IMG/VR virus record: IMGVR_UViG_3300027917_000018
Coordinates: 32,001 to 96,000 of that record
DNA from: a virus
Taxonomy: Duplodnaviria; Caudoviricetes
Reading direction: 5' to 3' (one strand)
Length of the DNA stretch: 64,000 nt
Shown: positions 36,080 to 46,356 of the stretch, piece by piece
How positions within the stretch are numbered: the first letter of the stretch is position 1
Layout: the number at the start of each line of letters is the position of its first letter
Made by a program: the position numbers and the translations under genes
Notes under the pieces: generated by a model
Told to the model about the DNA's origin: nothing
Database searches by the model: none
Seen by the model: only the letters and a program-made list of their open reading frames with translations

Positions 36080-37999
36080 ATGGCACAGACCATCGGAACC
36101 AATCTTCTGCGCTACTTGGGCATGGTCGGCTCGACTGGCGTAAACACGGGGCGGCTTGTACCTCCTGCGGCCAGCGCCATCGCCAATCAGTTCCTTTTCA
36201 GGGAATTCGAGGAATCGGGCGCGGTGGCCGACCCCGACATCTGGACCAAGTACAACAGCGTCATGAAGCGTCCGACGACCTTCGACGCGATGCTCCAGCT
36301 GTGGGAAGAAATGGCCGATTGGGACCTGATGCACGCCGCTTTGGTCGAGGTCGTGGATGAGGCGACCGCCGTGGATATTACCAGCCCAGGCGCGATTTGG
36401 TACCAGTGCAACGACAAGGCTTTTGAGGACGAGCTGAACAGCCTGCTGGTCAAGGTGGATGCGGAGACCATCATTCGCAGCCAGGTCTGGCACGTTGCCG
36501 CCGTCGGAAACCACTTTGAGAAGATCGAGTACGCCCCGGTGGAGGGCGTGTTGGGGCTGTCCTTCGTTCATCCGATGGACATGCGGCGGTATTGGCTGGA
36601 GCGGAACCGGAAGTGCATCGGCTTTAAGTGGGCTGGGCACCGCCCGGACAAGGAGCCGGTGTTTGTTGGGCCGGACAACCAGACGCCGGTTGAGCGCGTC
36701 GCGCTTTCCACAGGCCAAAACGTTGAGGAATTGTGGTATCCGTGGGATTTCCTGCACATGCGCCGGATGTACCGGCTGCGCATTTCCGAACACGGCGAGC
36801 CCCTCTTCGCCGAGGCCGAGGGCATCTACAAGAAGCTACGGATCGCCATTGACCAGATGGTGGTTCACCGTGCCCAGGTTCAGCCCGACCGCTACGCCAT
36901 CAACATCGACGTTCAGGAGCAGCCTCCGGCAGAGCAGATGCGCACGGTCCAGCGGTGGAAGCAGCAGCTTCGGGCGAAGCTGGCGTTCGGCCAAACTGGA
37001 AACGTAAACAGTTTGAACGCGCCCACGGACTTCAGCAGCTACTACAACGCCTGGGCGCTGGACACCATCCTCTACGTGGCCCAGCCCAAGGGCTTCAATC
37101 ACGTGGTCAACAAGCTTCAGGGCACGCAGCAAGTCCCTGACGTTTACGATATTGAGCTGCTCACCGACCTTTTCTACAGCATCATCGGCATGCCGCGTTC
37201 CTGGTTTGGCGGCCAAAAGGAGGGCCAGACTTCACCGTCGGGCAAGGCGCTCCTGGCCCAGGACATCCGGTTCCTGCGCAAGATCAAGTCCATTCGAGCG
37301 CCCATCATCCAGGCGTACGTGTGGCTGGCCTACTTCCACGCAGTCCTCAAGGGCAAGGACATCCGGGAGCTGGACATCAAGGTCCTCATGCCGCCCATCG
37401 GGAGCTTGGAGGACCAGATGAAGCTGGAGATGCTCAAGCTCCAAACTGAAGTCCTGTCCGAGCTGGCCGACGTGATGCAGAAGTACAACCTGCCGCAGGA
37501 AGCCTGGGTCGAGACGGTTTTCAAGCGCTACATGCACCTGCCGGATGAGGTCGTGAACATGTTCATCACGGCCATGCCGCTGCCGTCGGAATCCTCCGAT
37601 GTGACGGGCGGCCCGGCGGAAGGCCGCAAGCCCGCGCCCAGGGTTGGAAAGCTCATCCAGGAGGCTGAAGCCCTGGCGGACAAGAATCCCAGGCTGCGCC
37701 AACTGCTGGGTCAGATGCGCGAGGCGCAATGGGGTGTCAATGTCACGGATGTCAACCGGGCCGTGCTCCGCCGCTTCAAGACTCGCGACGATGTCGCCCT
37801 TGCGCCGCAGCTTAAGGAGAACGATCTGATCATCAGTTCCTTTGGCAAGCACCCGCTCGAACTCAAACGCGTAAACGGAAATGGTTCGAGCCAGGGGCGT
37901 ATGTCTTTGACCGAGCAGTTGCAGGAAGGCATCACCCAGGGCGAGCCGGTCGCCCAGCCTAATGGCGGTTGGCGGCAATTCTATCCTGAGAAGTTCTGA
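36080..37999 (+). CDS. Portal protein (T4 gp20-like)
   Basis: EEMADWD...VVDEA, HMRR...HGEPLF...KKLRIAIDQMVVHRA...YAINIDV, DIELLTDLFY motifs; TAGTTA 6 nt upstream. Confidence 0.85.
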   Translation: MAQTIGTNLLRYLGMVGSTGVNTGRLVPPAASAIANQFLFREFEESGAVADPDIWTKYNSVMKRPTTFDAMLQLWEEMADWDLMHAALVEVVDEATAVDITSPGAIWYQCNDKAFEDELNSLLVKVDAETIIRSQVWHVAAVGNHFEKIEYAPVEGVLGLSFVHPMDMRRYWLERNRKCIGFKWAGHRPDKEPVFVGPDNQTPVERVALSTGQNVEELWYPWDFLHMRRMYRLRISEHGEPLFAEAEGIYKKLRIAIDQMVVHRAQVQPDRYAINIDVQEQPPAEQMRTVQRWKQQLRAKLAFGQTGNVNSLNAPTDFSSYYNAWALDTILYVAQPKGFNHVVNKLQGTQQVPDVYDIELLTDLFYSIIGMPRSWFGGQKEGQTSPSGKALLAQDIRFLRKIKSIRAPIIQAYVWLAYFHAVLKGKDIRELDIKVLMPPIGSLEDQMKLEMLKLQTEVLSELADVMQKYNLPQEAWVETVFKRYMHLPDEVVNMFITAMPLPSESSDVTGGPAEGRKPAPRVGKLIQEAEALADKNPRLRQLLGQMREAQWGVNVTDVNRAVLRRFKTRDDVALAPQLKENDLIISSFGKHPLELKRVNGNGSSQGRMSLTEQLQEGITQGEPVAQPNGGWRQFYPEKF

Positions 38000-38748
38000 T
38001 GGCCTTGAGGATTTACGACGCGGGCGGCACGGACATTCTGGCCAACAAGCCAGCGGAGGTCACCTTTCGGATTCCGAGCGGCACCTATGCGGTGGCCGTC
38101 TATGCCGAAATCGTGGAGGATGACCTGTGTCTGCCCTACCGGCTGCTCAAGGCAACGTTGGATTGGAATGACGGAACCCAGCCCGTCTCCTTCCCCGAGA
38201 CGAACTATTCGACCTCGCCTTTAATCGTAAACACTTCTCGCCGACTTGGGTTTGGCGCGTACGCGATCACGCTCATCGTGGAGAACAACCGCCTGCCGAT
38301 CCGTGATTCTGAAAAGATCACGTTCTATGTGAACGTAGAGCCGGTCCAGGCGACGACCGAGCAGACCAAACTGTTGCTCGGGCCGATCTTGCCGAAGGAC
38401 ACGGGATTGCCCAATCGGCAGACGTGGATGTTCGACGTGGAAAACGACATCGCGCTCCTGGCCAGCTCCGTGAAAATGCTGCTGTTGACGACCAAGGGTG
38501 AGCGGGTGATGCAGCCCACCTACGGCACGAACCTGCGGCGCATATTGTTCGAGCTGAACATCGAGAGCGTGGAGTCGATCGTGCAACAGGAAATTTCGAC
38601 CGCCCTTGCCGCCTGGGAGCCTCGGGTGGTGATTCAAAGCCTTGGAATCACCCGGTACCCCAATGAGCGCAAAGTCGAGGTCCTAGCGTCCTTCCTGGCG
38701 AGAACTGCGGCCCAGCCTTTCGAGGTTCAGTTGAGCTTTGGCTCCTGA
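37999..38748 (+). CDS. Baseplate wedge gp25-like protein with extra N-terminal PKD-like domain
   Basis: LLLTTKGERVMQPTYGTNLRRILFE...AAWEPRV gp25 motif. Confidence 0.85.
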   Translation: MALRIYDAGGTDILANKPAEVTFRIPSGTYAVAVYAEIVEDDLCLPYRLLKATLDWNDGTQPVSFPETNYSTSPLIVNTSRRLGFGAYAITLIVENNRLPIRDSEKITFYVNVEPVQATTEQTKLLLGPILPKDTGLPNRQTWMFDVENDIALLASSVKMLLLTTKGERVMQPTYGTNLRRILFELNIESVESIVQQEISTALAAWEPRVVIQSLGITRYPNERKVEVLASFLARTAAQPFEVQLSFGS

Positions 38749-39077
38749 TGGGCAAACGCAACGTAGTCACCCGTCGAGACTTCATCCGCAAGTTCATGGA
38801 CTGCGGATTGACGTTCGACCAGGCGTGCCGCTGCTACACCGGCATGGTCTCGGTGTTCGAGGACGCCGTTGTGCGCGCCGAGAAGATCGGCATTGGCCGC
38901 GTAGGTTGCCTCACGCCCACCATTTGCCCTCCACGAGACGTGGTCATGGGATTTCAGCGCGGAAAAGGCGGCAAGGTCGTTCGGACCAAGCGCCTCTACC
39001 ACTTGGATGAAAGAGTCAAATACCGGTTCACCCTGTACCGGGAATTCAAAACGAAACACGGCCTTCAGGGTAGTTAA
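38748..39077 (+). CDS. HU/IHF-like DNA-binding protein
   Basis: Two N-terminal helices, KIGIGRVGCL beta strand, basic arm; 109 aa. Confidence 0.6.
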   Translation: MGKRNVVTRRDFIRKFMDCGLTFDQACRCYTGMVSVFEDAVVRAEKIGIGRVGCLTPTICPPRDVVMGFQRGKGGKVVRTKRLYHLDERVKYRFTLYREFKTKHGLQGS

Positions 39078-39080
39078 GAC

Positions 39081-40547
39081 ATGAGCGACATCCGCCCACT
39101 TGATTTGCCGACCGCTGCCGGTATGGACTTCGGCTCGGGAGACGTGCGCCATTTCAGCGAAGACGACGCCGTAAACGTGCCGGGGCTCCAAAACCCGACG
39201 CGGATGCTCGCGGAGCGCGATAATCTGATCGCGGTCAAGCTCAACGAGGTCGTCACGGAGGTCAACAACAAGGAGCAGGTTGTCCCGCTGCCCATTCCGC
39301 GCACCGGTATTCCGTCCTCGACCGAAGAGGTTGTCTTCAATTTCAAAATTCCCGACGGCTTTGAGGCCCGCATTCTGAGCGCCGCCATCGGCAGCAGCCC
39401 CGTCACGACCGACCTGACCCTCAAGATTTACTTCAGCACCGGCTACGGCAACACCACTGGAACTGAGCTGGTCTCGACCACTGGCTCTTTCGACAGTGGC
39501 GTGGCCTTTTACAACACGGGCGAGTTCATCGTCGCCGTGGTCAACGATGGCAGCCAAAGCCTCGACGCCGTGGCCAGCGTGATCCTAACGGTCCGTCCGA
39601 TGGGCTCCGAGGCCAGTCTCCTGGTCGGCAGCATCATTCGGGGTGCTCGCGGCTATACGGGCGGTAGGGGCGACAAGGGCGACAAGGGTGATCCGGGCGT
39701 TGGCGGCGCTGGCACGCCTGGCCTTTCCTGGGCCGGAACTTTCTCCTCCGCAACCAGCTACAATCCTCCCCAGGCGGTTTATTACACACGCGAGAACGGA
39801 TCGACCGAAAGCTACATCGCGATTGCGGCCAATCCGTCCCCGGCCAAGCACCCGACCGACTCGGCTTATTGGGACCCGCTGGCGGCGGGTGCGGCGGCAG
39901 TGCTGACGTGGCGCGGGCCTTGGACCTCGGGGCAAAACTACTATCTGAACGACGCGGTTAAGCACAACGGGTCCTCTTACATCTGCATTCAGACGGTCAT
40001 CAACAGTACCGTCAACCCGGCCACGGATACGACAAATTTTGACCTCCTGGCCGAAGCCGGTACCGATGGCACCGACGGCACTTCAGTCTCCTTTGCCAGC
40101 CAGCCTGTTGGTTTCCCGGCGGCGGACGGCGGCAGCCTCGCCTCCACCGCTCCGGCGGAGGGCGACTACGAGCTGATCAATGTTGGCGGTTTGCCCGGAA
40201 CGATCACCGGCAAAGCCACGGAGTACTGCATCCTGGGCGGGCCGGACGACAGCTACCCTGGCCGTTACGTGATCATGAACGGGGCCTTCCTGGCGAAGTT
40301 CGTGGGCACGCTCAGCATCACCATGCCGGTGTCCTACTACACCCAGCAGCAGTACACCCAAAGCAATGTCCAGGTGACCGCTACCGCTCAGGGCGATCAG
40401 CCCGTGCCGTTCCCTTCACCGGCAGGAACGCACGCGGGCGGGGTGCGGATCGATTGGCCGTCCTCGACGCAGGTCGACATCATTGTGACCGAGACCGTGG
40501 GAGAGCAAAAGGTCGTCGTCAATGCGACGGGATTTCAGATAGCCTGA
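39081..40547 (+). CDS. Tail fibre-like protein with collagen repeat and CBM5/12-like modules
   Basis: NPTRMLAERD N-terminal motif, GARGYTGGRGDKGDKGDPG collagen stretch, WAGTFSSATSY and WRGPWTSGQNYYLNDAVKHNGSSYIC repeats. Confidence 0.65.
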   Translation: MSDIRPLDLPTAAGMDFGSGDVRHFSEDDAVNVPGLQNPTRMLAERDNLIAVKLNEVVTEVNNKEQVVPLPIPRTGIPSSTEEVVFNFKIPDGFEARILSAAIGSSPVTTDLTLKIYFSTGYGNTTGTELVSTTGSFDSGVAFYNTGEFIVAVVNDGSQSLDAVASVILTVRPMGSEASLLVGSIIRGARGYTGGRGDKGDKGDPGVGGAGTPGLSWAGTFSSATSYNPPQAVYYTRENGSTESYIAIAANPSPAKHPTDSAYWDPLAAGAAAVLTWRGPWTSGQNYYLNDAVKHNGSSYICIQTVINSTVNPATDTTNFDLLAEAGTDGTDGTSVSFASQPVGFPAADGGSLASTAPAEGDYELINVGGLPGTITGKATEYCILGGPDDSYPGRYVIMNGAFLAKFVGTLSITMPVSYYTQQQYTQSNVQVTATAQGDQPVPFPSPAGTHAGGVRIDWPSSTQVDIIVTETVGEQKVVVNATGFQIA

Positions 40548-41976
40548 GCAACTGTTTGACCCAGCGAACGCCCCAGGCACAGTAGCCCAGCAGTCCGCAG
40601 ATGGGCCGGACCACGTTGAAGATCACGGTTCCGGCTAGGTTGTCTTTCGGATGCACCCCATGCAAATAGGCCATGTGGTAGGTCCACGCCTTGATGGCGG
40701 GCAGCCAAAGAAGCAAAAGCCAGTTGTGTCGGTAGAGCTGCCGCGAGAGCGGGAAAGCCCACAGCGCGTAGCCGTCCTTCACTGCGCGGCTCACGTGGCG
40801 CTGGGTGTAAATCAGGTCGGCCAAATAGATATGCTTCGGGATGTAGCCCCGGTGATAGGCCACGGTGCAGAGCCAGCTGGAGGACCGGTCCTTCATGTGG
40901 TTGTAAAACGCAGGGAAGCTAACGCTTGTGCCACCACTGTCTTCGTTGGTGATGGTTAAGCGCAAGTACCACGCGCCGCTGTCGTCACCGCCCGGTGTTC
41001 TTAGACCACATCTGAGAAAGACTTCGCCCGAAGCGTCCACAGCTTGTGCGATATAATCGTCCCCATCTGGAGGGTTATCGTCAATCTGGCACGGATTAAC
41101 GTCATCGCGGTTGGTCCAGTCAATAGGCGTCAGTCCGCAGCCGTTACCAGTTTGAAAACCTCCGCGAGGCACCCGCGTCCAATTGCCGGTGCCGATCTTG
41201 TACTCCCACAGGTAGCAAAGCGGCCTGGTTCCCTTGATTCCCGTGTACGTGAACCTGACATAACTCGGCCACGGATCGCCGCCGTCCACGTGGTAATAAA
41301 CGGTGTTGTTGCTCGTGTTGTAGTAGAAGGTGCCGTGGATTGGCGGCGCAAAGTAAACGCTCGGAGTAAGGCTACTGGTAAGGCGCGGATTCTGAAACGG
41401 ACCTCCCAGCCGGGTATCCGCCGGGATTTCCCAAACGAAGTTGTTGACCTGGATGCGCACGCGGTTGCGGCCCACGGTGTCCCCATTGCTGTCGAGGACA
41501 CTTGAGCTGAGCGCGCTTAAGGCGAAATGGGCGTTCTGCGACGACTTGCGGGTGTGCTCCAGGAGCAGGCTGTTGGTGTTGACCGCAGCCGCGCTTTCAA
41601 GCGTCACAAATTCGGTGATGAGCGTGGTGCCGATCGGCTCGTCCGAAATTGCGTCAGGCTCGACCAGTGCGCCAGTATCCTCGGGTTGGCCCGCTAAAGC
41701 CGTGTCGAGTGCTGGGGCGTAGTAGGGCTGCCCGTTGATGACGAACCGGATGAAGTTAAAAGCGTTTACGTCCGTGTTCGACCACGTGTCGCCGTTGGAG
41801 TCCTGGTAAATGCGCAGGTCATTGCCGTAGCCATCCACATAGCCCTTGACCAAAGCAACGCCGTGGCCTTTATCGAGCGGGCCATTGATGTGGTAGGCCA
41901 AGTTCTCGGCCAGGAGCGCCAGCGCCTCGTTGAATTCGCCCAGCTCACTTTGGGTTGCCAGTTGCTCGCTGCCCAT
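40519..41976 (-). CDS. Fibre-like protein with C-terminal CFI-box-like (WLCT) helical domain
   Basis: Short beta repeats (RFVINGQPYYAPA, RIQVNNFVWEIPA); C-terminal SWLCTVAY..G...GYALWA...HMAY...G...PIC. Confidence 0.45.
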   Translation of the reverse strand: MGSEQLATQSELGEFNEALALLAENLAYHINGPLDKGHGVALVKGYVDGYGNDLRIYQDSNGDTWSNTDVNAFNFIRFVINGQPYYAPALDTALAGQPEDTGALVEPDAISDEPIGTTLITEFVTLESAAAVNTNSLLLEHTRKSSQNAHFALSALSSSVLDSNGDTVGRNRVRIQVNNFVWEIPADTRLGGPFQNPRLTSSLTPSVYFAPPIHGTFYYNTSNNTVYYHVDGGDPWPSYVRFTYTGIKGTRPLCYLWEYKIGTGNWTRVPRGGFQTGNGCGLTPIDWTNRDDVNPCQIDDNPPDGDDYIAQAVDASGEVFLRCGLRTPGGDDSGAWYLRLTITNEDSGGTSVSFPAFYNHMKDRSSSWLCTVAYHRGYIPKHIYLADLIYTQRHVSRAVKDGYALWAFPLSRQLYRHNWLLLLWLPAIKAWTYHMAYLHGVHPKDNLAGTVIFNVVRPICGLLGYCAWGVRWVKQLLRLSEIPSH

Positions 41977-42500
41977 TATTCCTCCACCGTGACGTACGCC
42001 TCGGCGCTGGTAACCGAGCCGTACTGGTTGGTGATCACGCAGTAATAGGTTGCCTGGTCAGCTTTGACGACGCCCGTGTTCAAATAGAAGTTCGCGGTTG
42101 CCCCGCTGACGGCCTCATCGTCCTTGTACCACTGGTAGGTCATCGGAACCTCGCTGATCGCCACCGTGATGAGCGTCAGCTGATCGCCAACGCCGACCGT
42201 AATGTCAGTAGGCTGAACAACGATCTGTGGCGCGCTGCCAGGTGTAAACGCGGCTCCGTAGGCGATAATGGGCGTGATCACGGCCCGGTCGCCCGAAGTG
42301 TCGGTCAACAGCATGCGCAAGCTGTAGACAGCGCAGGTATGCCCGGCATCGTCCGCGAACTCTTGGTTGTAAACGCGAACGGCATTATGCCGACCCCAGT
42401 CACCGCCGGTATGCGCGGCTACACCGTTGCCAAAGCTGGCCAAAACCAGCTCCGCTGCCGCCTGGGCGGCCTGGGTAACCAGTGCGGTGTTGTCACTCAT
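41976..42500 (-). CDS. Ig-like (I-set) domain protein
   Basis: PQIVVQPTDITV..G..LTL...MTYQWYKD...DQATYYCVITNQYGSVTS. Confidence 0.8.
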   Translation of the reverse strand: MSDNTALVTQAAQAAAELVLASFGNGVAAHTGGDWGRHNAVRVYNQEFADDAGHTCAVYSLRMLLTDTSGDRAVITPIIAYGAAFTPGSAPQIVVQPTDITVGVGDQLTLITVAISEVPMTYQWYKDDEAVSGATANFYLNTGVVKADQATYYCVITNQYGSVTSAEAYVTVEE

Positions 42501-42514
42501 TCCTTAGAAGAACG

Positions 42515-42946
42515 CTATTCGGCTGGCGGGGCAGGAAGCCCCTCCGGGCCACCGCGCAGAAGTTCACGCGGCGAGGGCACTTCCTCGGGGCCAATACCAC
42601 CGCCTGGGCCTTCCTCGGGGCCTTCTTCCGGCGGCGCTCCGGGGCCTACCGGCTCCTCGCCGGGCTTGGGAAGCAGGTCATCGGCACTGGGCTTGACGGG
42701 CCGTCCCTCCCCGGCTTCCTTGTCCGCCATGCCGCTTTCCTCGGCATCCTCGGCGGCTTTGATGTCCTCCTCGCTCTCGCCAGGGCCGGGAATGTTGTCC
42801 AAGTACCAGGTAAGCTCGGCGTACAGCTCATCGGCCAACGGATCGGCGTGATCAGCGGCCAGGGCGTTGCGCATGGCTTCGAGCTGCCCGAAGGACATCT
42901 CGACCTGGTAGTCGTTGTAGGTGCCTTTGATCTTCTTAATTTTCAC
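42515..42946 (-). CDS. Acidic Pro/Glu-rich hypothetical protein
   Basis: 143 aa with low-complexity tail. Confidence 0.55.
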   Translation of the reverse strand: MKIKKIKGTYNDYQVEMSFGQLEAMRNALAADHADPLADELYAELTWYLDNIPGPGESEEDIKAAEDAEESGMADKEAGEGRPVKPSADDLLPKPGEEPVGPGAPPEEGPEEGPGGGIGPEEVPSPRELLRGGPEGLPAPPAE

Positions 42947-42990
42947 AATGACCTCGTAAAAGCTTTCCCTAAATACTGTTCTTCCAAGGC

Positions 42991-44247
42991 ATGAACATCG
43001 TCACGTTCGCAGAACCTGTCACCGTTGCCTTCAAAAAGTCCGCTGGCGGGTCCACGGCGGTTTTTGAGCCCATGCGCCCGTACATCATCACCGGAGCGCA
43101 GCTAGACCGCATTACCCAGGACGAAAACGTCAGGAACCGGCTTTACAAGTGCTCCCGGCTGGAGCCCCGCCTCGGGCCGTTTCACCCCGGCATGCGCAAT
43201 CCCAATGGCTCCAACCGGCTGCTTTTCTACAACGGCAGCGGCGGCTACGGGGATGCCATGATGAGCTGGCCGCTAACCAAGTGGCTGGCCGAGCAGGGCT
43301 TTGAGGTCCACGTCCTCAGCGATCCGGGCAATCAGGTTTGCTGGTACGGCTTTCCCTGGATCAAAACCATCCAGATGACGCCCATCGCCTACGACGCCTG
43401 GAGGCTGTTTGACTTTCACTTCGTCATGGAGCACGTGAGCAACCTGGACGAGCACCAGGACCAGCTCCATCCGGTCGACGCGATGTTCACGAAGATGGGC
43501 GTTGACCACCGTTCAATCGACGCCAGTCATAAGGTCGTCCACCCAATTTTCACCTGGGCCGAGCAGCAGGGAGCCAGCCAGGACATGCCGAATCGGACCA
43601 AGCTGGGGTTCTACCAGCTATCAAGCGCCAATCCAGTCCGGGCCAGCCTGCCCAACGATTCAGCCTTTCTGTTGTCCCGGATCGCGGAAGCTTTCCCGGA
43701 CATCCACTGGCTGGCTCTTCACGATGAATTCGTGCCCAAGACTTACGTGGAGGCGCTCAAGTGCCGTACCTGCGGCGGTACTGGCACCCTGGGCGTGCCG
43801 GAGCAGGGCACCGTGGCCACGGAAGGCACGGCTGCTCCAGTGGTCCCCGCGCAGCCGTGCCCGGACTGCAAGGGCTGGAAATGGCTGGCCCCTAACGTCG
43901 AACCCTACGTTTCCGGCAGCCTGCGGGCGCTGTGGGCACTGATCTGGCGGCGGGCGACGGTCTGTGTCGGCCCGGACAGCATGATCGTCCACGTGGCCGG
44001 TTCTATGGGCATTCCGTGCGTTGGGTTGTGGGGACCTGTCGCGCCGCCCAACCGGGTTGGCTACTACAAAAATCACATGCCGGTTTGGCACCGAGAAGCC
44101 TGCCCGCACACGCCCTGCTACGCTTATCTGGCCAATTTCCCCAAATACTGCCCGCCTCGGGGCGCGGGAGCACGCACCGTCTGCGAGGTCATGGCCGCCG
44201 TAACCCCGGCAGAAGTCATTGACGCTATCGCCAAGATCAAGCGATAA
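42991..44247 (+). CDS. GT9-family glycosyltransferase with inserted DnaJ-type zinc finger
   Basis: GGYGDAM, VGPDSMIVHVAGSMGIPCVGLWGP GT9 motifs; CRTCGGTG...CPDCKG insertion at about 43762-43880. Confidence 0.8.
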   Translation: MNIVTFAEPVTVAFKKSAGGSTAVFEPMRPYIITGAQLDRITQDENVRNRLYKCSRLEPRLGPFHPGMRNPNGSNRLLFYNGSGGYGDAMMSWPLTKWLAEQGFEVHVLSDPGNQVCWYGFPWIKTIQMTPIAYDAWRLFDFHFVMEHVSNLDEHQDQLHPVDAMFTKMGVDHRSIDASHKVVHPIFTWAEQQGASQDMPNRTKLGFYQLSSANPVRASLPNDSAFLLSRIAEAFPDIHWLALHDEFVPKTYVEALKCRTCGGTGTLGVPEQGTVATEGTAAPVVPAQPCPDCKGWKWLAPNVEPYVSGSLRALWALIWRRATVCVGPDSMIVHVAGSMGIPCVGLWGPVAPPNRVGYYKNHMPVWHREACPHTPCYAYLANFPKYCPPRGAGARTVCEVMAAVTPAEVIDAIAKIKR

Positions 44248-44264
44248 TTCGTTTACGAATTTGC

Positions 44265-46058
44265 ATGATCAAGCTGATTGAGCGCTCACGCTACATCCAT
44301 CTTGAAGGTGATCAGGAACAGCTGAAGTGGCTGCGTTCCAAGTTGCGCTATCGGCCCAAGAACTATTGGCGCAGTGATGCCTACCGGTGCTACCGGCAGA
44401 CCGACGGCAAGAAAGGCTGGGACGGGTACCGCTACCCATTGAGGTACTACGCCAACCAAGGCTGGGCTGTACTGCGGGGTCGGAAGGATGACATCCTGGA
44501 GCTGTGCGCCGAGGAAGGCATCCGCGTGGACCGCGACGGCCTATTCAAAAGCCCGTTTGCGGAATGGACCCTGGACGACATCCCGGATGACCTGATCCAG
44601 GCCGACTTCGCGCTGGACGACCACCAAAAGGAGGCGGTGCTTCAGTGGCTCCAGAACTGTTTCGGCATCGCCAATATGGCCGTAAACGCCGGGAAGACCG
44701 CGACATTCGCGGCGGCGGCTTCGCTGATCAAGCGCAACTACGGGAAGGCCAGGTTCCTTTACTTCACCTTCTCGGAGCGGCTCGTGCGCCAGGTCTACGC
44801 CGCCATGCGCGAGTTCCTGCCCGGCTGGGAGATTACCCAGTACGGCGGCGGCAAGAAGGACAAGACCGGCCAGGACATGGTGGTGGCGACCCAGGCCATG
44901 CTTAACAAGCACTTCCCGGAGCTTCAGCAGGAAGGCTGGTTTGATTCGTTTACGGGGCTTCTCCTGGACGAAAGCCACCACACCCAGTCGGAGACCGCGC
45001 AGAAGATCATTTTGGCCTCCAAGGCTCTGTTTAGGCTCGGGGCGTCCGACTCCACCAAGGAGGCCGACCCGGACAAATGGAACGCCATACGCGGGCTTTG
45101 CGGCCCGGTAAGGTGCGGTGTGAGCAGCTCCTGGCTGATCGACGAAGGCCGGAGCGCGGCCCCGGTCGTCTACATCGTCGACGTGCCGGAATGGAACAAC
45201 CTGTACGAGGGCGCACCCCATACGGCGGAGCCCAATAGCCCGGCCCGCTGGTTCCGGCATGGCCAGTGGGTGGACGGCGTTTATCGTGGTCCGGTCCTGA
45301 AGCGAGACGACGAAGGCAAGACGGTTTGGCGTAAGCGCCGGATTTGGGACGACGAAGAGGAAACCTGGAAGACGGAAACGGTGGCTGAAACCGAGCCCAG
45401 CCTTCACCGGGTTGAATTCGACGGCAGGATTTGGAGGGCGGACGCCCGCTACGTTCTGCTGGATCGTCGCTACGACGAGGCCATCATCCGCTTCGACCGG
45501 AGGAATCAGATGATCGCGGACTGGGTCCGCTTTTACAGCGGCAAGGGCTGGCCGACCCTGGTGGTCGCCACGCGCACCCCGCACGTTCTGCTGCTGGAGG
45601 AGATGCTCAGGGAGGTTGTGGGCAGCAAGGTGACACTGCTCTTCGGGGAGGACACGAGCGCTCACCGGGACAAGGTCTTCGACTGGTTCAAGCGGACGCC
45701 CGGATCAGTCCTGGTGACGCCGCTGGTCAAGGAGGGCGTGTCGATCAACGAAATCAAAGCCGGGGTCATCGCCGATCCGATCGCGGACATCGAGGTAGCC
45801 CGGCAGATCATCGGGCGATTCATGCGGCGCAAAAAGGACGAAAACGTCTGCCACATCACCTGGTTCCTGGATCGGCAGCACCCGAGGTTTCGGCGCAACG
45901 CCACCGAGATTATCGGGTCCCTGGAAAAACTGAAGGGGTTTACCTTCTACTACCCTTGCGCTGGCCCCGAGACGATCGGCCAGGCTTTGATCCATCGAGG
46001 CGGTTCCCCAGGCCAAAGTGCCACGCCTGGTCGGACGCGAATTCTAAAGCGTTCGTAA
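44265..46058 (+). CDS. SF2 helicase (UvsW-like)
   Basis: LDDHQ Q-motif, AVNAGKT Walker A, DESHH, GASDS, EGVSINEI, QIIGRFMR motifs. Confidence 0.85.
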   Translation: MIKLIERSRYIHLEGDQEQLKWLRSKLRYRPKNYWRSDAYRCYRQTDGKKGWDGYRYPLRYYANQGWAVLRGRKDDILELCAEEGIRVDRDGLFKSPFAEWTLDDIPDDLIQADFALDDHQKEAVLQWLQNCFGIANMAVNAGKTATFAAAASLIKRNYGKARFLYFTFSERLVRQVYAAMREFLPGWEITQYGGGKKDKTGQDMVVATQAMLNKHFPELQQEGWFDSFTGLLLDESHHTQSETAQKIILASKALFRLGASDSTKEADPDKWNAIRGLCGPVRCGVSSSWLIDEGRSAAPVVYIVDVPEWNNLYEGAPHTAEPNSPARWFRHGQWVDGVYRGPVLKRDDEGKTVWRKRRIWDDEEETWKTETVAETEPSLHRVEFDGRIWRADARYVLLDRRYDEAIIRFDRRNQMIADWVRFYSGKGWPTLVVATRTPHVLLLEEMLREVVGSKVTLLFGEDTSAHRDKVFDWFKRTPGSVLVTPLVKEGVSINEIKAGVIADPIADIEVARQIIGRFMRRKKDENVCHITWFLDRQHPRFRRNATEIIGSLEKLKGFTFYYPCAGPETIGQALIHRGGSPGQSATPGRTRILKRS

Positions 46059-46356
46059 GCTTGGCGACGCGTTCGCCGCGCTCGCGGGTGGCGGGCTTCT
46101 TCATTTCCGCGTCCAGCGCCTTGATGACGGTGCGGCTCATTCCCACCAGATGCTTGAGCCAGCGCCGGACATTTTGGGCGTCCGAGCTGAGGGGCCGCAG
46201 CAGTGCGTAATGGTGCGTGACGCCTGGGAAGCTGTAGATGTCGCCCTGGTCCTGGTTTAGCCGCCACTCAAGCGCTTTGGCCAGCTCGCGATACCGGGCC
46301 TTGGTAACCGGGCCTTCAACAACCAGCCGAATGTGAAACTCGTGCTCCTCTTTCAT
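45940..46356 (-). CDS. Hypothetical protein
   Basis: 138 aa, last gene of the leftward cluster; convergent overlap with the helicase. Confidence 0.5.
   Translation of the reverse strand: MKEEHEFHIRLVVEGPVTKARYRELAKALEWRLNQDQGDIYSFPGVTHHYALLRPLSSDAQNVRRWLKHLVGMSRTVIKALDAEMKKPATRERGERVAKLTNALEFASDQAWHFGLGNRLDGSKPGRSSRGQRKGSRR

Noticed and set aside
45170-45480. Roughly 100-aa insertion between the helicase RecA domains as a possible intein
   Set aside because: No Cys/Ser start, no His-Asn end, no LAGLIDADG or HNH motifs; more likely a beta-rich accessory domain
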